A stretch of DNA of 64,000 nucleotides from Klebsormidium nitens. Taxonomy: Eukaryota > Plantae > Klebsormidiophyceae. The stretch is from contig DF237129.1 of NCBI GenBank assembly GCA_000708835.1, forward strand, positions 62,001 through 126,000. The letters run 5' to 3'. The notes below the pieces were generated by a model. That model saw only the letters and a list, made by a program, of their open reading frames with translations. It had not been told where the DNA came from and searched no databases. Position numbers and translations under genes: made by a program. Shown here piece by piece: positions 1-13,273 of this stretch (positions within the stretch are counted from its first letter, which is position 1; each line of letters begins with the position of its first letter).

Positions 1-100
1 ATACTCCTAGAAGGTTCTGGAAAGCTGTGAGAGAAAGCTCTCTCCAACCGCTCCATGGGTCCTAGAAATGACTTTAAGAAGGTCTTAAAAATGGGCGTAG

Positions 101-1914
101 AAAAGGCTTCCTCCACGTTCGCAGACGACGACTGGTACGGAATGGAGCACGTGTACAAGTACGAGTCCAAGCTGGGGCTCACTCAGCGTTACATGTTCTA
201 CTGCGCCTTCGAGAACAGCATCTGGCCGGATTACGTCACCGAGAAGTTTTACCACGGCTTGCGGACCGGCGCCGTACCGATCGTCCTCGGCGCGCCCAAC
301 GTGGGCGAATTTGCCCCGAGCCCGGACTCGTTTCTGCAGATAAGGAGTCTGGAGGACATCCCTGCGGTTGTGGAGAAGATGAAAGAGGCGATGCGCAACC
401 GGACGTACTACGAGGTGGGCAGCACTATCTTTCTTCGTTTCTTCTTTTTCGCTTCGTGCGTTGGGCGCGGGGCTTTGATGTGTGTCTGTCTTTTGACCCC
501 GCTCTATTGACTTAAGCTTGGCGGCCCGTGTCCGGGTCCCTTCTTTCCCTTGCCGCACCTTTTCTTCTTGCAAGCGCTAACTCTCCGTTTTCATCGATGA
601 TGGGCGACCCTAGAAATGCGGGTCAACTCATTCTCGTTTTCAACGCAAGGCGGAGCAACTGCCCCGTTTGAATGTACTAGGACCTTCGCGAACGTTGCCT
701 CATAGTTCTAAGACCCCCCGTGACACTTCAAGTGGGCGTTGAGGTTGAAGAAACCCACGTGGCTGTCGCGGCGTCCTTCTTGCGGTAAAGTCGCCTTCCG
801 TGTCGCTGCCAAAATTTCGCTCGTGCGGATCGCGGCGACATAAACAGCTGCATCCCTGGTTACTGGTCGCTAAATGCGGATGCATCCGCTGACGCCCTCT
901 TTAAGATGGGCGTCAACGGTAAAACCAGTCCGTTCCGATTTGCTGTTTGCTCAAAAACGGAACCCAGGAGCCTCTTGTTGTGGTTCCGCCGTACCTTCGT
1001 GCGCGTGGTTGCCCCGTCTGTTAGCGGCCCCGGAAGAGGGACTACGAACCAAACCAGTGCATCCTTGACTGCAAAGCACAGTAGTGCACTCTCAGAAGCT
1101 GTCTTCGGCTCGCATTTGAGGAATTGATGGCGAGACTTTTTGTTTCAATCACTTGCCGTGCGCGAGATCTCTTCTTCTTCCATCTGGAAAACGTGGTGTG
1201 AGGAGGATCTTACCTTATCCGCTCCATCGTCTCTGTCTCCCAGAAGCTATTCAGAAAGAAAGACGGTCGCCCTCATTCTTCTTGGCTTTCTTGCAGAGCA
1301 TGCTGGCGTGGAAGTCGGAGGCTCCATCCGAGACCTTCAGAGCGATCACGGACATGCCAGCTGTCCACCCCACGTGCCGGCTCTGCATCCTATTGGCCGA
1401 CCGCATACGACAAAAGGAATGGCGGGAAGGCCGGGGCAACAGCAGTCTTCTAAAAAATCGAAGCAGCGCCGGAAGTTATTTCGAGCAACGCCCCATAGCT
1501 CCTTTTATCATCCCTGCACGGTCGTTTGACCACTGCTCCTGCATAAGCGATGGGCCGACCCCGGAGGTTATGAGCACCAAGTATCTACTCTTCGTGCGCG
1601 AGCGGGGGCTGTTCCGGTTCCGTCCGGTCTTTCTGGGCTCGGAAGACCTCACCCTTAACGGGCTTCACCGAGCAATCATTGAGGGGTTTATGAAGATGCA
1701 TCACCGAGTGACGTGGCAAGAGCACCGGGAAATCTCGTCTGGGCTAGCGGCGCGTATAAGCTCTTGGGAAAGGCCGGTCGTGCATCGCGTATACGAAGTG
1801 GGACGCACGCAGAGGCAGGTGCTGTTTGGCAACGGGTCCTTGCAACACGACGCTCAAGTCGAGGCGCTTGTCAAGTCGCAGCCCTGTCCACGGCTCGAAG
1901 CAATCTTTGTGTAG
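101..1914 (+). CDS. FucT: Core alpha-1,3-fucosyltransferase (GT10), 3' part; exons ~101-414 and 1297-1914, 5' end lies upstream of window
   Basis: GT10 motif FENS..DYVTEKF..L..GAVPIVLGAPNV. GAG|GT donor at 415 and CAG acceptor at 1296 join in frame TYYE/SMLAWKSEAPSETFRAITDMPAVHPTCRLC, resembling plant core FucT (..WK.EGPSDSFKAL.DMA.VHSSCRLC). C-terminal VRERG motif. First acceptor position is approximate. Confidence 0.9.
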
Positions 1915-3174
1915 CTTTTGTGTTGCTCAGTCAAATCTAGATAAACTACTTGTTGACTCAATCCATTATCCAGGTGTAATATGCATCTTTGTACAGTAAA
2001 ATTAGAGGACGCGTGAGCCCAAGCTGAGGCATTTACGGGTTAGTCGAAAAGCCGGCATCGAAAGAGCCGTTACCAAGTTAGCTCCGCTTGCCGAACACTT
2101 CAGACGGTCAAGAGGTTTTGATAATAGAGAGATCGGCACTTTCGCTCAAACCCTGGACTGGCATACGAGCAACTTCGAGTTATTGCAAGTTGGCCGAGGC
2201 AGCTGCCTGACAAGCGTTGGACTCAAGGACCCGCGACACATTAGGAGGCTGATTCATGCAAACGTCCGCTCAAGCCCGCCATGATGCGCGTGGCGTGCGC
2301 GTAATAACCATCTCAGCAAGGATAGTGCCATGATGCACCATGACAGATGGAAACGTCTATAAAGTAATACCGCGCATCCGTTCATGTAGATAACGTCAGT
2401 GCGCTTCAAAAGAATTGATGCTACGTAGCGTAGTAGGAGGGCCCCGGGTGCTTCTATGGTAGTTTATTTGCAAGACATTGGTGCAGAGCTCTCGGTGAAG
2501 CGCGTCCGTGCTCATTGCGCGTGAATGATCAGCATGGAAGCAAACTTTGGCCCGTAGCGCGGTGCATATAGCAATTACGACGGTCACTCGCGATACGTAC
2601 TCAATGTGTGAAGTGAGAGCTCATGGTCAAGTTGAAATCCGTATGCCCTGAAGACTGAGACCGCGGAGAGACTGGCCGAAGTCGGAGTTGCTTGAGCTTG
2701 CACAGCTCATGCAACAGCTTGCAGAACGAAATTCACAATAAGACTGCAAAACGCCATAGGGAAGCTCAGTGCCCATGCATGCACATGACATATGTATCGC
2801 ATTGCTACGCGGGAATTGTGCTACTGCCTGGCCAATGGATCTTGTTGTAGCAATTGAAGCATGTTCCCCAGGGGTCGCGGCGGTAGGAGAATGGTCAATA
2901 TGAGGGTATATGCAGACTCGGAACACTCAGCCGACGTCAATACACATTTCACCATCCAGATCCATCGCGTCAACAAGGGCCGTCACTGATCCGCAAGGCT
3001 CTTTCCTTGCAAACCATTTGATGTTCATGCTGATCTCTGGTCTGACTTCTCTCAGTAATTTCGACCCATATCGACTTTCGTGCCGACCCATATCGACTTA
3101 CGTGCCCATGTTGTTGGCCCCAAATTTTGTCTATGTATGTACAACGTGATCAAGTACCTGCTTCTAAGACGCAC

Positions 3175-6100
3175 CTAATCAGAATGGAGCTTTGCAAAGA
3201 GGGGCTGAAGATCGCTGTACGGATTCTGCTTGTCGTTGACAACTTCAAAGGTGACGTTGTCCGGACTCAGCCCCTCTAAACAGCCAACCGCAACTGCCGC
3301 CACATCCGCTCGGCTGACCATGCCCAGAGTTTTGTCGCCCTGCGAGGACCTCTGAAACCGTCAGCTTCCAGGATTCGAACGTGGTGTTTTCAACAGCCCT
3401 AATCAGATGTGACGACTCTTGACCAGCGAGCCTCTTCTGAAAGACCTTCAACAAAGACGATTGCCGCACCAAAATGCTGCGAATCTAAACGTGTTGCGAA
3501 AAATCTGGTGTGCTTCTTGATGAAAATGGACGGACTGTTTTGTTCGAAGGATAGGTGTACAAACAAAGAAAGGCGGGCGCCCCTCTAAGCCGACGCAGGA
3601 CCAAACTCACACGATGTTATCTGGACAAGAGCGGGTCATATAGGGACGGGGCTATCGCCATTCTCGTATCATTACTCGAGCCGCAGAGTATTGTGGACCC
3701 AAGGTCGTTGAGGAGGCAATCCAGCAGATAAAAATCTACGCTGCACCCCTCAAGTTAGACAAAGCACGGCGGAAGAGATGCCCAGCGAAGTCAGGACCGA
3801 GGAGCAGCCCAAACAGCGCAACGAGATTCTAGGAATTGAAGCAAACTCCAGTTATGATTTCGAGACGCGAACTGCCAATTGTACCCCCGTATAGACACTC
3901 GAGGCCTCTGAGTCGCCGATAACTGATGCGAAGGACGTCAAAAAGCGGTTTCCAGTGGCTAGGTACGTGAACGCGTACGCAAGCCACGTTGAAAAGAAAG
4001 GGCAATGCATAGCTTCTGCCGTTACCTGGTCCATTATAATGCCGGCCTTGGCGCCCTCGTTGTCATTCAGCCCCCCTGGCCGAATGACGTAGTAGCCTAA
4101 GCCGTCCCGGCCATAGGTTTTCCGCAGGTAATTCTCCCCCTGCAAAAGCCAGTTGCTCCGGCGCTTAGAAGCCCGTCCTCCACCCCGTCTTTGTTTCCGG
4201 TGCACGTGGTGGTTCGTACGACCTTACGTGACCGTCAGTGTGCATGGTTCTAATGACTTTGCGTAAATCTAAATGTGCAGAGTTGAAGCGCTCGTCTAGC
4301 ATCGGATGACGACTCGCTCATGCACAAGAAGACCCAGAGTTCTCAGCAGTTCCAGACTTCACGGACGGGATCTCGGTGAACCCCTTTTTAAGTGGCATAG
4401 TTGGTAACAATCAGATGTTCCCTCCCTACAAAGACGAAGAGGATCGCTTCTTTCACGCTCACCAGGAGCTTCCAGTGCAGCACCCGCCCCGCCATTGTGT
4501 TGAGCAGGATGTGGATGAAGGAGAAGGGGCGTGTGACTGCCGCCGAAGAGATGAGCACAAAGCGAGGAACGCGTGCCGCAGCAGCTGCCGAGACCAAGTG
4601 CGTGACGCCCTGCGACCAAGAAGTCTCGGTCTTTCATAAGCGTTTCAGGGTTTGTGGCACGTCGGGAGTGGCACCAGTTCAGGAAGGGCGTGTAGATATT
4701 GCGGAGTTTTTGTGTCATGGCAACGGCTGAGACCATGGGCGTGACGGCCGGCCTACGATTGGATGCTTAGGGTGTCAGCGGTTGAGGCGTTGGCCTGGGC
4801 TACAAGTAAATGTAAAAAGGGGACAGGATTCGCCTCAGCAGGCAACCTTACTGACCCTGCTGATGCTCATTCTGCGGTAGGGAGGATGACGTAGCTTTGG
4901 CAGACCGACCTATCGATGAAATGAGCACATGGGTGGACGGACGTCCATCGTTTCCGGTGCCAAAAGGAAAATGCAACGAACAAGTCTTAAGCTTCTCATT
5001 GAGAGCACGGGCCCAGGAAAAACTCGGGATTGAAACAACCTCGCTGCCGTGATCCAGCGGTTGCAGCCACCATACCTTCATCTGCAAGCACGTGAACCCC
5101 TCCCAGATGACGCAAGACCTCTCTCATCAGCAGAAAGTGGGAGTTGCCCTTATCGGAGTCAACGACCTGCCGCGCCCCATAGCTCATGAATTGAACGGGT
5201 GAAAGCGACGAACGGTATGAGAATACTCGTAAGTTCGAAACTTCTGCAATGGAAAGCTCCGAAGGAACACTATGACGGAGAAGAAATGCCGTCTACCTCG
5301 AAGTCGACCTTCCTGGGCGTCTGCTGGTCCAAGCCGAACAGGGGCAGCCGCCAACCCTGCCTCGCGCCTACTGCGCACACGACCGCGTCTTTGCCAGCGC
5401 AAGCGGACTGTAGGGCATCCGGATTTGTGACATCACCCGTCACGAACTTGACCTGTACCATCGTAGAAAGCACAGCCTCAATGGAAATTTTCTAAAACTC
5501 GTGAAACAAATGCTCGAAGGTCGATATCCTAATGAGATACTCGGAGAAAGTCTGCCGAAAATGATAAGGCGTACCTACCTTTTATCACACGCGTGTACAA
5601 GGAATTGCAAATGCAAAGCCACCACAAGAATGAAGATTCCTATCTTTAAAGGATATATGGATCGGTTCTCAATAAGCTCAGATACCCCGAACAATCTGGT
5701 CCTATCTGCGCTTAGAGATATGGCGACCATGGGGACAATTGAAGACCGACCGAAGCAGGTGGAGCTAAAGACTGAACCTACAGGAGTCCCGGAAGGGGAG
5801 CACAGGGGAAGCCAAGCACGATTCCCTTGACCAACACGGCATTCATAGCAACTAAACCCGCCAGCTGTATGGGATTTCCGCTCAAGAAGGGGGCTACGAG
5901 CGACATAGCAACTTATGAGCCCCCTTGAAGAGTGCACTCTTATTGTTCTCCGGTTGAACAAGCAAGCTAGAGGAGGTGGCTTAATGAAACCAATTGGGCC
6001 AGCAGGGGCATGCCCGTAGGCCAAGAGAACCGACATAGCACGGTCCTTGAGGTCTGAGGCTGTGCAGATGTTGTAGAAGGGCTGCAGGCGCGAATGCTGC

Positions 6101-6816
6101 TGGGAAGGGGCACTCCCGAAGGCGAGCATGGAAGCACGGGATCCAACATCCTCAGGAGTGCGCAAACATTTGCCAATGAGCCTCACCCGACTTGCTTCAG
6201 GACCGATTGCCGCGGCCGTCTTTTCTTCGTTGCGGACGAGCGCGTACACTTCAAACTTTGGCTTGGCGGACAGCAACGCCTTGGTGACCTGGAGGTATCA
6301 AAGGTTATGTATACCGAATGCAAAGGTGGCAGTGAGTCAGTCAGTATCCTTGTCAGCATGCAAGTGTGGGGATACTTAGGATTCTCAGCTTCAAGCACAA
6401 CTGTCTTGTTGATATAACCCCCATCTCCTAAACCAGGTTCTCAGTCAAAAAGAAAGAGGTCCTGACCGCTGACAGATGAAGCCTGGGTCACATCTACTGG
6501 TTTCTCTCAAACCCTATGCTGCCTTATACCCTCAAGCTGGTGCTTCAATCAACTTCCTCGCATCATTCTTCACCACCTCTCTGCTCAAAATTAGCTTCTG
6601 GACTTCTGTCGGTGGAAGCTAACAGCAGCAACAAACTTACACCCTTTGTGCGCTTTCTCATCAACATGAGCTTCCCATGAGTCCGCATGAGTTCCTGACA
6701 TCCACAGCAGTGATTCAAATGGAGCACATCCTGCATCAGCAGCCTACCTGCAACCCGACCCCGCTGCTGCTTCCCACCACCAGCACCTTCCTCGGTACTT
6801 CCAACTGCGCCTGCAT
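3175..6816 (-). CDS. NAD(P)-binding Rossmann-fold protein (atypical SDR, NAD(P)H-binding PF13460-like); exons 6816-6748, 6288-6187, 5452-5297, 4609-4463, 4139-4026, 3339-3175
   Basis: Spliced protein: MQAQLEVPRKVLVVGSSSGVGLQ/VTKALLSAKPKFEVYALVRNEE../VKFVTGDVTNPDAL..DAVVCAVGA..TPRKVDFE/GVTHLVSAAAAARVPRFVLISS../GENYLR..YYVIRPGGL../GDKTLGMVSRADVAAVAV..NVTFEVV..*. All junctions GT-AG and in phase. Confidence 0.9.
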
Positions 6817-7274
6817 CTGCATGGTTCAAATTAGGGATATAATATAGCCCCACAACGCTTTCCTTTGATTGCAATCCCCGGGTTCGCTGGTTCAATCTCC
6901 TGACAACCGTGCTGCCAACTGTAGGATGACTCACTTCTGGCAGCTCGGAAGCTCGCCCTGTCTCTGCAAGCGCTGCATGCAGCAGCAGGCTTCAGCAACA
7001 GTCTGTGTGAGCGACTGGAGTCCGCCTATCTTGAAGGGATTGAGTTTTGTACCTCTACGAAAGCGCCACCAGCATGTATGCAGCATTGCATTGCCCTCAG
7101 CACCTACCTAGTACTTAGCGTTCATCTTCCGAGTCAATACAGATCTTGAAAATTAGCGTGAGAATGAATCTGGTGTACGGCGCCCCTCTACTCGGATGTC
7201 ACTTGCCGTGCCGGTTTGCCCAACCGTGTCGGGAAGATCGGTTTTCAGGGTCAGATGGTCTCCCTTGCACCTAC

Positions 7275-7328
7275 CGTTTCTTGCCGCAGGCACAGTGCTT
7301 GGTGGAATTGGCTACAGCCTATTTAAAG
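7275..7328 (-). promoter_or_regulatory. Possible TATA-like box and short non-coding first exon of the SDR gene
   Basis: TTTAAATAG on the minus strand at ~7327-7319, a CG|GTAGGT donor at 7274, and the ATG at 6816 directly preceded by a CAG acceptor. Inference only. Confidence 0.3.
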
Positions 7329-8108
7329 GGCGGCGCCGCGCACTGGCGGGCCGCAGCCGCCGCGGTCAGCGGCACTGCAAAGTCAGCCTGGCACTGCAAG
7401 CCAGCCTGAGGCTCCTGGCAAGGGCGGCTCCTGTCGGAGGCCGCGCGCGGGGCGCCCATCATCCTGGATTCATGACTCTGACAACTTGCAGGCCGCGTAG
7501 GCCGCATATCAATTGCTGAATCAAACTTACTGACTGATGATCAGCTATATGTGCGACAACAAATGTGAAACCATGCTGTCTTCGCTTCTCTTTAAGCTGC
7601 AATCGCGAACGCGTAAGCGAACTCCATACCGTTGATACAAAACGGGAGTGCCTTGATAGTACGTCGACCGCCCGCTGGGTGCGGCATCGCACATGTGCTC
7701 GATCGAGTTCCGGTTTTCGCTCTATAATTTGGAGGGGGCCGGGTTCATATTCGTTTTTTGCATGTTTTCCATGACCATGCCAGACCGACGAACGAGGTTG
7801 CAGCCCCGCTCTCTGAAGTCTACCGCATCCCAGTGACGTATGTCTTGTCGTATCCGAGTGCAAATCGCCCACTCGAAGTGGCCTAATGATACACCAAGAA
7901 CCCTTCACGACACGAGCATTCGTCATACAAACGTACACTTGCGGCTCCTTTATCCTTGGTTCCTATACTTGGATGTATTCGGATCACATGGCTCCAAGTC
8001 CGCCACGTGTGTCTCTTTTGAAGCGATTCGCTGGCGTTTGCCACCTCAGCCCTCGAAAACACTTCGACTTTCAAAAATTGACATTAAGCCTTGCTCGTTT
8101 CTAAACCG

Positions 8109-11100
8109 TCACTTAGCCGTGCTTTTCTCCTGCTCACTGTGAGACTGGAAAACGCTGAACGGATTCCGCCCTTTCCGCGGCTCCTCAAGGGAGCGCTCCC
8201 GGATCCACTTCGTAGCGCTCCACTTTTCGCCCTTCAGCACGGTGCAACTGGTGTGAATGCTCTCCGGATCCGGCCGCCCGTCCGGATTCTGTACCCATGG
8301 ACGAACGTGGTTTGAATCTTTGATGAGACACGAGGGCCAAGCTTCGTTGCCGCTTGATTGGCTCGTTATAGGTGGACTTTTGATCTTTCGACTTTGCAAG
8401 GCAGTTCGATAGAGATTCCTAACACTGCAGCTGTGTTGATGCCGGTCAACGAGCTGGTTCTGGTTGCAATCTAGCGAGGCCAACGAACTGAAAGCTGTCG
8501 ACGAGGACCAAGGGGGTTCTCGCGGCGATTGTCCGTACGGGTCTGCGGATTTGAGAGACTGCTTTAGACCCGGGCCAAAGAAAACAGAAAAGCAGTCGGC
8601 TGCTTAATGCTTACCTTGTTCCAGAAGAACACGGCATTCCCTTTCTTCGGCGACACCGACACGCCTGACGTCCGGACTCCTCCGCACAATCCCTGCAGAT
8701 ACGAAACTCAACTGAGAGTCTTCTATTACATATATGATCATCTTTTGGCTTCTGGATAGCATCGATGTAGGTCTTTAGCACGTGGACCGATGGACCTGAT
8801 TGCATCGTAAGCAGGGTTTTTCCGATAACGACAAAGCTTACAGTACGTATACCTGGGTGTTCCACTCAATCTGAAGATACGAACCGGCAATGAAAGTCTT
8901 TGTATATTATTACTTGGCAGTTTACAGTGTGAGTCCGAGAGCACATGCAATGGCAGGTCACATAGGTTTCGCTGCATCCGTTCGTATTCCAAACCTTGCC
9001 TCGTGCATATGCAGACCTTATCATTCTTAAGGAATCGTCTCTGGTCGATTCGCCCCTGTCAAAGTCGCTCGATCTACCGTCGTACGACCTGCCGACTCAC
9101 TTCAGCAAGCTGCGAGAAAAGAAATCGGCGTGATCTAGCAACTTTCAAGTGTGGTCTGATCAGCTGGCAGCGACGCACAGGTGGGACTTACCGAAGGGGT
9201 CGGCTGTCCGGGAACATAAGCGGTTGGAAACAGGGTCTCCCCGCCTTCTTGGACGTCCGACAGGTACATGATCATGGTGGCGACTCTGCAGACGGCCGAG
9301 AGGATCTTCATGTCGCCGAAATAACTCAAGGCATTCTGTTCTCGAGAAGGGTCCATTACGGTGGACAGAAATTCAGTAGTGACGAGCTAGAGAGAGAGGA
9401 AGCAAGCAGCGGCAATTCGGTTCAGCGGCAGCGTTTGCCAAAAACTTCTCGTTGAGCGGCAATTGAAAGCGTGTAGAGCGCAAACACGTTCATCAGCCGA
9501 CTTTTCTTTCAGAGACCGATGGGCACAGCTTCACTAGGACATCTGATGTATTCACAGCCCAGAAGATTGCGTCGATATGTCTGACTCTTTATAATAGCGT
9601 ACATCCTCAGTGAATGTGGATACACAGGAAATCTGGGCTGCTAAGCAGGTTGATTACCAGACTTAAATCACGGGTTAATGGAGGATTGATGGGTATTTGA
9701 CCTCGCTCCAAGGCTAACTATCGCCCAAGTCTGTATTTTGGACATATGACCACCTTTTACCAGCCCATATCCAATCATGTTTAACGGCTACAGATTCCTG
9801 TAGTGGATAATCTGCTGACACACCTGTTTCCTCCCGGTTGTCCGCGCATCATCTCCCCGGAGAACAGGTCGTAGTGTGTCCCATAGAATTGGCCGTTCTC
9901 GTAGCGAAGGATCTACAGAGGCAAACAGCACAGCTTCTTGATTTATTTCACAAAGACGTTAGCAATATGCAGCTGATGTGACGCGGAAATATCATTGAGA
10001 CGTCTGACTTTCTGGTAAAAGCACAGCCCTTTGACTGCGGCAGTTGGAGACACCTGAAAAGCGTCACGACGCAGATCCAGCTGCCAGTCGGAGACTCGAC
10101 AAGAACGGGCCAAATAGGAGACGAGTCTGCAAACCTGAAAGCGACGCACTAAGTGTTTGAATGGTCTTAATTTTACCTTTCAAAAAGAAACTGCAACAGC
10201 GATTACCAGAGAAACCGGTTACAGCTTCGTCAAGACACGTGGCCTCCAGAGATTGTACCTGCATCACCTCTCCATTCTCTGGCGGCAGGAACGTGTTCTC
10301 CGCAATGCGAGCCTGCATCCCACAGAGTCCAATGACTTGCATATGCTCAGTGAAGGAAGAACTCCATGTCCTCAACGTTTGCAAGCTGTTGCGAGTCAGC
10401 GACTCGATTGCTGGTGTCTCTACTTAACCTGGAGCCGCCCACTTCGCTTTCAAAGAACTAAAGAACGCTTTTCAAACTCCACTCTTTCAGGGCGATCTCT
10501 ACGCTCTACTCAACAGAATCACCTTCTCACGCTGCCAACATTTGCACGGACGCGCGTGCACTTTCTCACCACTAGGAACACTTTCCGAGCAGGCCCGCAG
10601 TTTTCGAACACAAACCACTGTGCCAAACGCACTTGCCTCGACGGCTTGCACGATCGGATCCTGGCGGAGGGATCCCCCGAGGAACGACCCGGAGCTGGTG
10701 CGCCCGCGATCCACGGCCGAGCGCCCGTCCGGCTGCACCCTGGCGGACCGCTCTAGTTCGCCCGCGCCCAGCGCAATCAGCCGGTCGCACTCGGTGTCTG
10801 CACGTGAGAACAACCCTGGCTTGATACTTGACGGAAAGGTTGGTTAAAATGAGGACCTTCGCGTGCTTTGCTCCGTCGCAAACGAAACCGTTCTTGTTAG
10901 AGCTTGGGGTGACTGCAATCAATGTTCTGAGCACCATCTGAGCTTCTTTTCCATGTATAGACGAGAACGAAAGGAGCAGATTTTTGCGTGTCACCGTTAC
11001 TGCTGACGATTTTATCAGCGCGGCTTTGCTGTTCCTTTCTGCTACACCGGCAAGCATATGGAGACTGGGCGAGAAAGAAGCGCACCGCTCTGGTTTTTCA

Positions 11101-13273
11101 GCCAAGGCTTTGTTTTCGGAGAGCTGGGGAAGCCAACTAAAGCCTGTTCACGGGCAAACTGAAAGATGCCCGTAAAGCAGTCTGCAAATTTCGGCAGAGG
11201 GCAGAACCTTTCTCACCGTTCAAAAAGTCGTGGATTACCGCGACGCGCGGCCGCCAGCTGACCAGCTCGATCCGCGGCCGCCTCCGTTCCGGCAGAACCG
11301 CTCCGCTCCTTGCATCCTCTGCCACGTCATCGCAGCATTCGGCGGCGTCGTAGGGGACACCCGCAGGGGGCCGTTCCTCACCCCCGGTCACTGACAAGGG
11401 CCACTGACCGTTTTGGACGTCCGCAGGTTGGGCCGTCTGGTCGTACTTTGAACCTGTCCGAGATCACAGCAGTGAATGGTTGGTTCGCGAGTATGACGTT
11501 CTGGCCTCGAGCAACTTTCGTTGCCAACAAGCTTGTTAACATGTCGATCGCCAGATTGTCTGTCTGAAGATTTCGATTTGATTGCTTGGTGCTCAATTAT
11601 GGCCTTTCCAGCTTTGAGAAGCTTTCGTTGCTGATCCTTTTCACATATCGAAAGACGAAGCTGCACGTTCTGATCTGATTGCTCCAGCCAATTATGAAGT
11701 CTTTACGCGAGGATTCCCGAACATTTAGACCAATGAAATCCAAGAGATTGCAGATTTTGATGCTGGTCTCTTCTAAACGCGGTTCCATTCTGGTCCTGTA
11801 TTTGAACTTGCAGTTCTAGAAGTTGAGCAAAGTCGTGGAAAGACTGGGAGTCAAGTCTGCCCGCCCGTTTCAGCCGCACAGCTTTCTCAATCCCGCTCAA
11901 GTTGGACTATTTCGCTCCTGCAAGAGATCTGGTATTTGAAAGCGGGGTTATGCGAGTTGAGAAAATTCAAAGCGATTCGACTATCACCTCTGCCCGCCTT
12001 TTTCGGTTGTGCAGCATCTTTCCCGCCGCTCGCGTCCAGCTCGGGGGGGGCGATCTCCACCTCCCCTCTTGTGGGCACCTCGTTTTCACTTTCAAACGGC
12101 CGTTTGGCTGGAATGAAGCTGCCGACCTCCGATGACTGCAGAGAAGATGAGCATATTTCCAAGAGGACTCCAGTGTAGTTCATTCCTCGCGCGTCATATT
12201 TCTCATAAGCCGTGCTTAGATGGTGTTCTGGCCGGTCACACACCGAAGGATTCAGATTGGAACCCGCATAAGCGACAAACTTATTAGTCGAAAAAGCCAA
12301 CAGAATTACTTAAACCAATCAAGCTTTCCCTATTTCCAGGTTGCAAAAGGGCGAAGTGCGCCTCGTAAAAGGGGTACTCTATCTGCGCAAAATGGAGAAG
12401 TGGAACGAGCGGGTTCCGAAGCTGAATGCTTGCGATAAGAAGGGGCTTGGGCGTCATACCTGGCCGGATTCCTTCTGCAAGGGAAACTTGAATGGCTCGG
12501 TAGACCACTTTGAAACGGACGCCCACCGGTCGGCGACTGTTTGCCCGATCGACGCACTGGCGTCGTGGCCCCCACCGGGGCCGAGAACTAGAACAACCAC
12601 TGCAGTGAAAGACGAGGATTTGATGCTCCTACTGCGGAATTCAACCATCTTATCCCTCTCGACTTTCCTGTGCTTGCCAGATCACACGTCGTACCATGGA
12701 AGCCACACATGCAGAGGGAACGTGGTGACAGAAGGTCACTTTCCAGACTTGTTGACGCGATCAACCTTCAAATTTCAAGGAACGCTTGCTGCCTTCCTGC
12801 CGGTGTGAGCGTACAAAGGCAGCCCATCCAGTGGTGAATTGTTTGGGACGGAGAAGTAAAATTTGCGCTGCCCAAGGAGGCCTTCTAAAGTCTCGTTCTT
12901 CAAAGTTACTACGCGCGTGACCTCAGAGCCTCCCAGTCTTCGTACCGGGACGCAAGCTGCACCAGTCTTCCAACGGTCACCTCGTACTGCGGCTTTGATT
13001 AGGAGCGTCTTTTACTCCTAACCTCGTAAAAGACAGCCTTAACTTTGCTGCAACTAGAAGAAAAGAAGTTGCCCCTTCCAGAAGACTGAAATCCCGAGAC
13101 CAAATTAGACGAGATTGAATAGAGAACCTTGCCCGGAGAAATAGGGTCAAAGCCGTACCTGTCATGAGCCACGTGCATGCAACTAGAAGCGCGACGACAG
13201 CAGTCACGCTCGTCCGCCCGGACGCAGGGCCTCTGCTCCGTCCGAACAGTCCGCTGGCTGCGCGGCTTCTCAT
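8109..13273 (-). CDS. P4H: Prolyl 4-hydroxylase (2OG-Fe(II) dioxygenase) with N-terminal membrane anchor; exons 13273-13159, (unresolved 12.0-12.6 kb, one ending 11988), 11390-11217, ~10796-10637, 10312-10259, 9912-9824, 9285-9192, 8692-8615, 8288-8109
   Basis: Motifs LVSWRPRVAVIHDFL/ECDRLI..RTSSGSFL/ARIA..FLPPENGE.MQ/ILRYENGQFYGTHYD/GGNRVATMIMYLSDVQEGGETLFP/VSPKKGNAVFFW/DPESIHTSCTVLKGEKWSATKWIR carry the HxD..H..K catalytic residues of plant P4Hs. N-terminal exons between 12.0 and 12.6 kb not fully phased. Confidence 0.92.
10313..10636 (-). other. GC-AG intron in P4H
   Basis: Exon ends GTCGAG|GCAAGT. Only this donor joins IVQAVE to ARIAENTF in frame. Confidence 0.8.

Noticed and set aside
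3062-3105. 22-bp tandem duplication (cgacccatatcgactt.cgtgc x2)
   Set aside because: Ordinary slippage duplication in a 3' UTR or intergenic region.
7146-7519. GC-rich overlapping ORFs upstream of the SDR gene
   Set aside because: No domain similarity; fits a GC-rich promoter or 5' UTR region.
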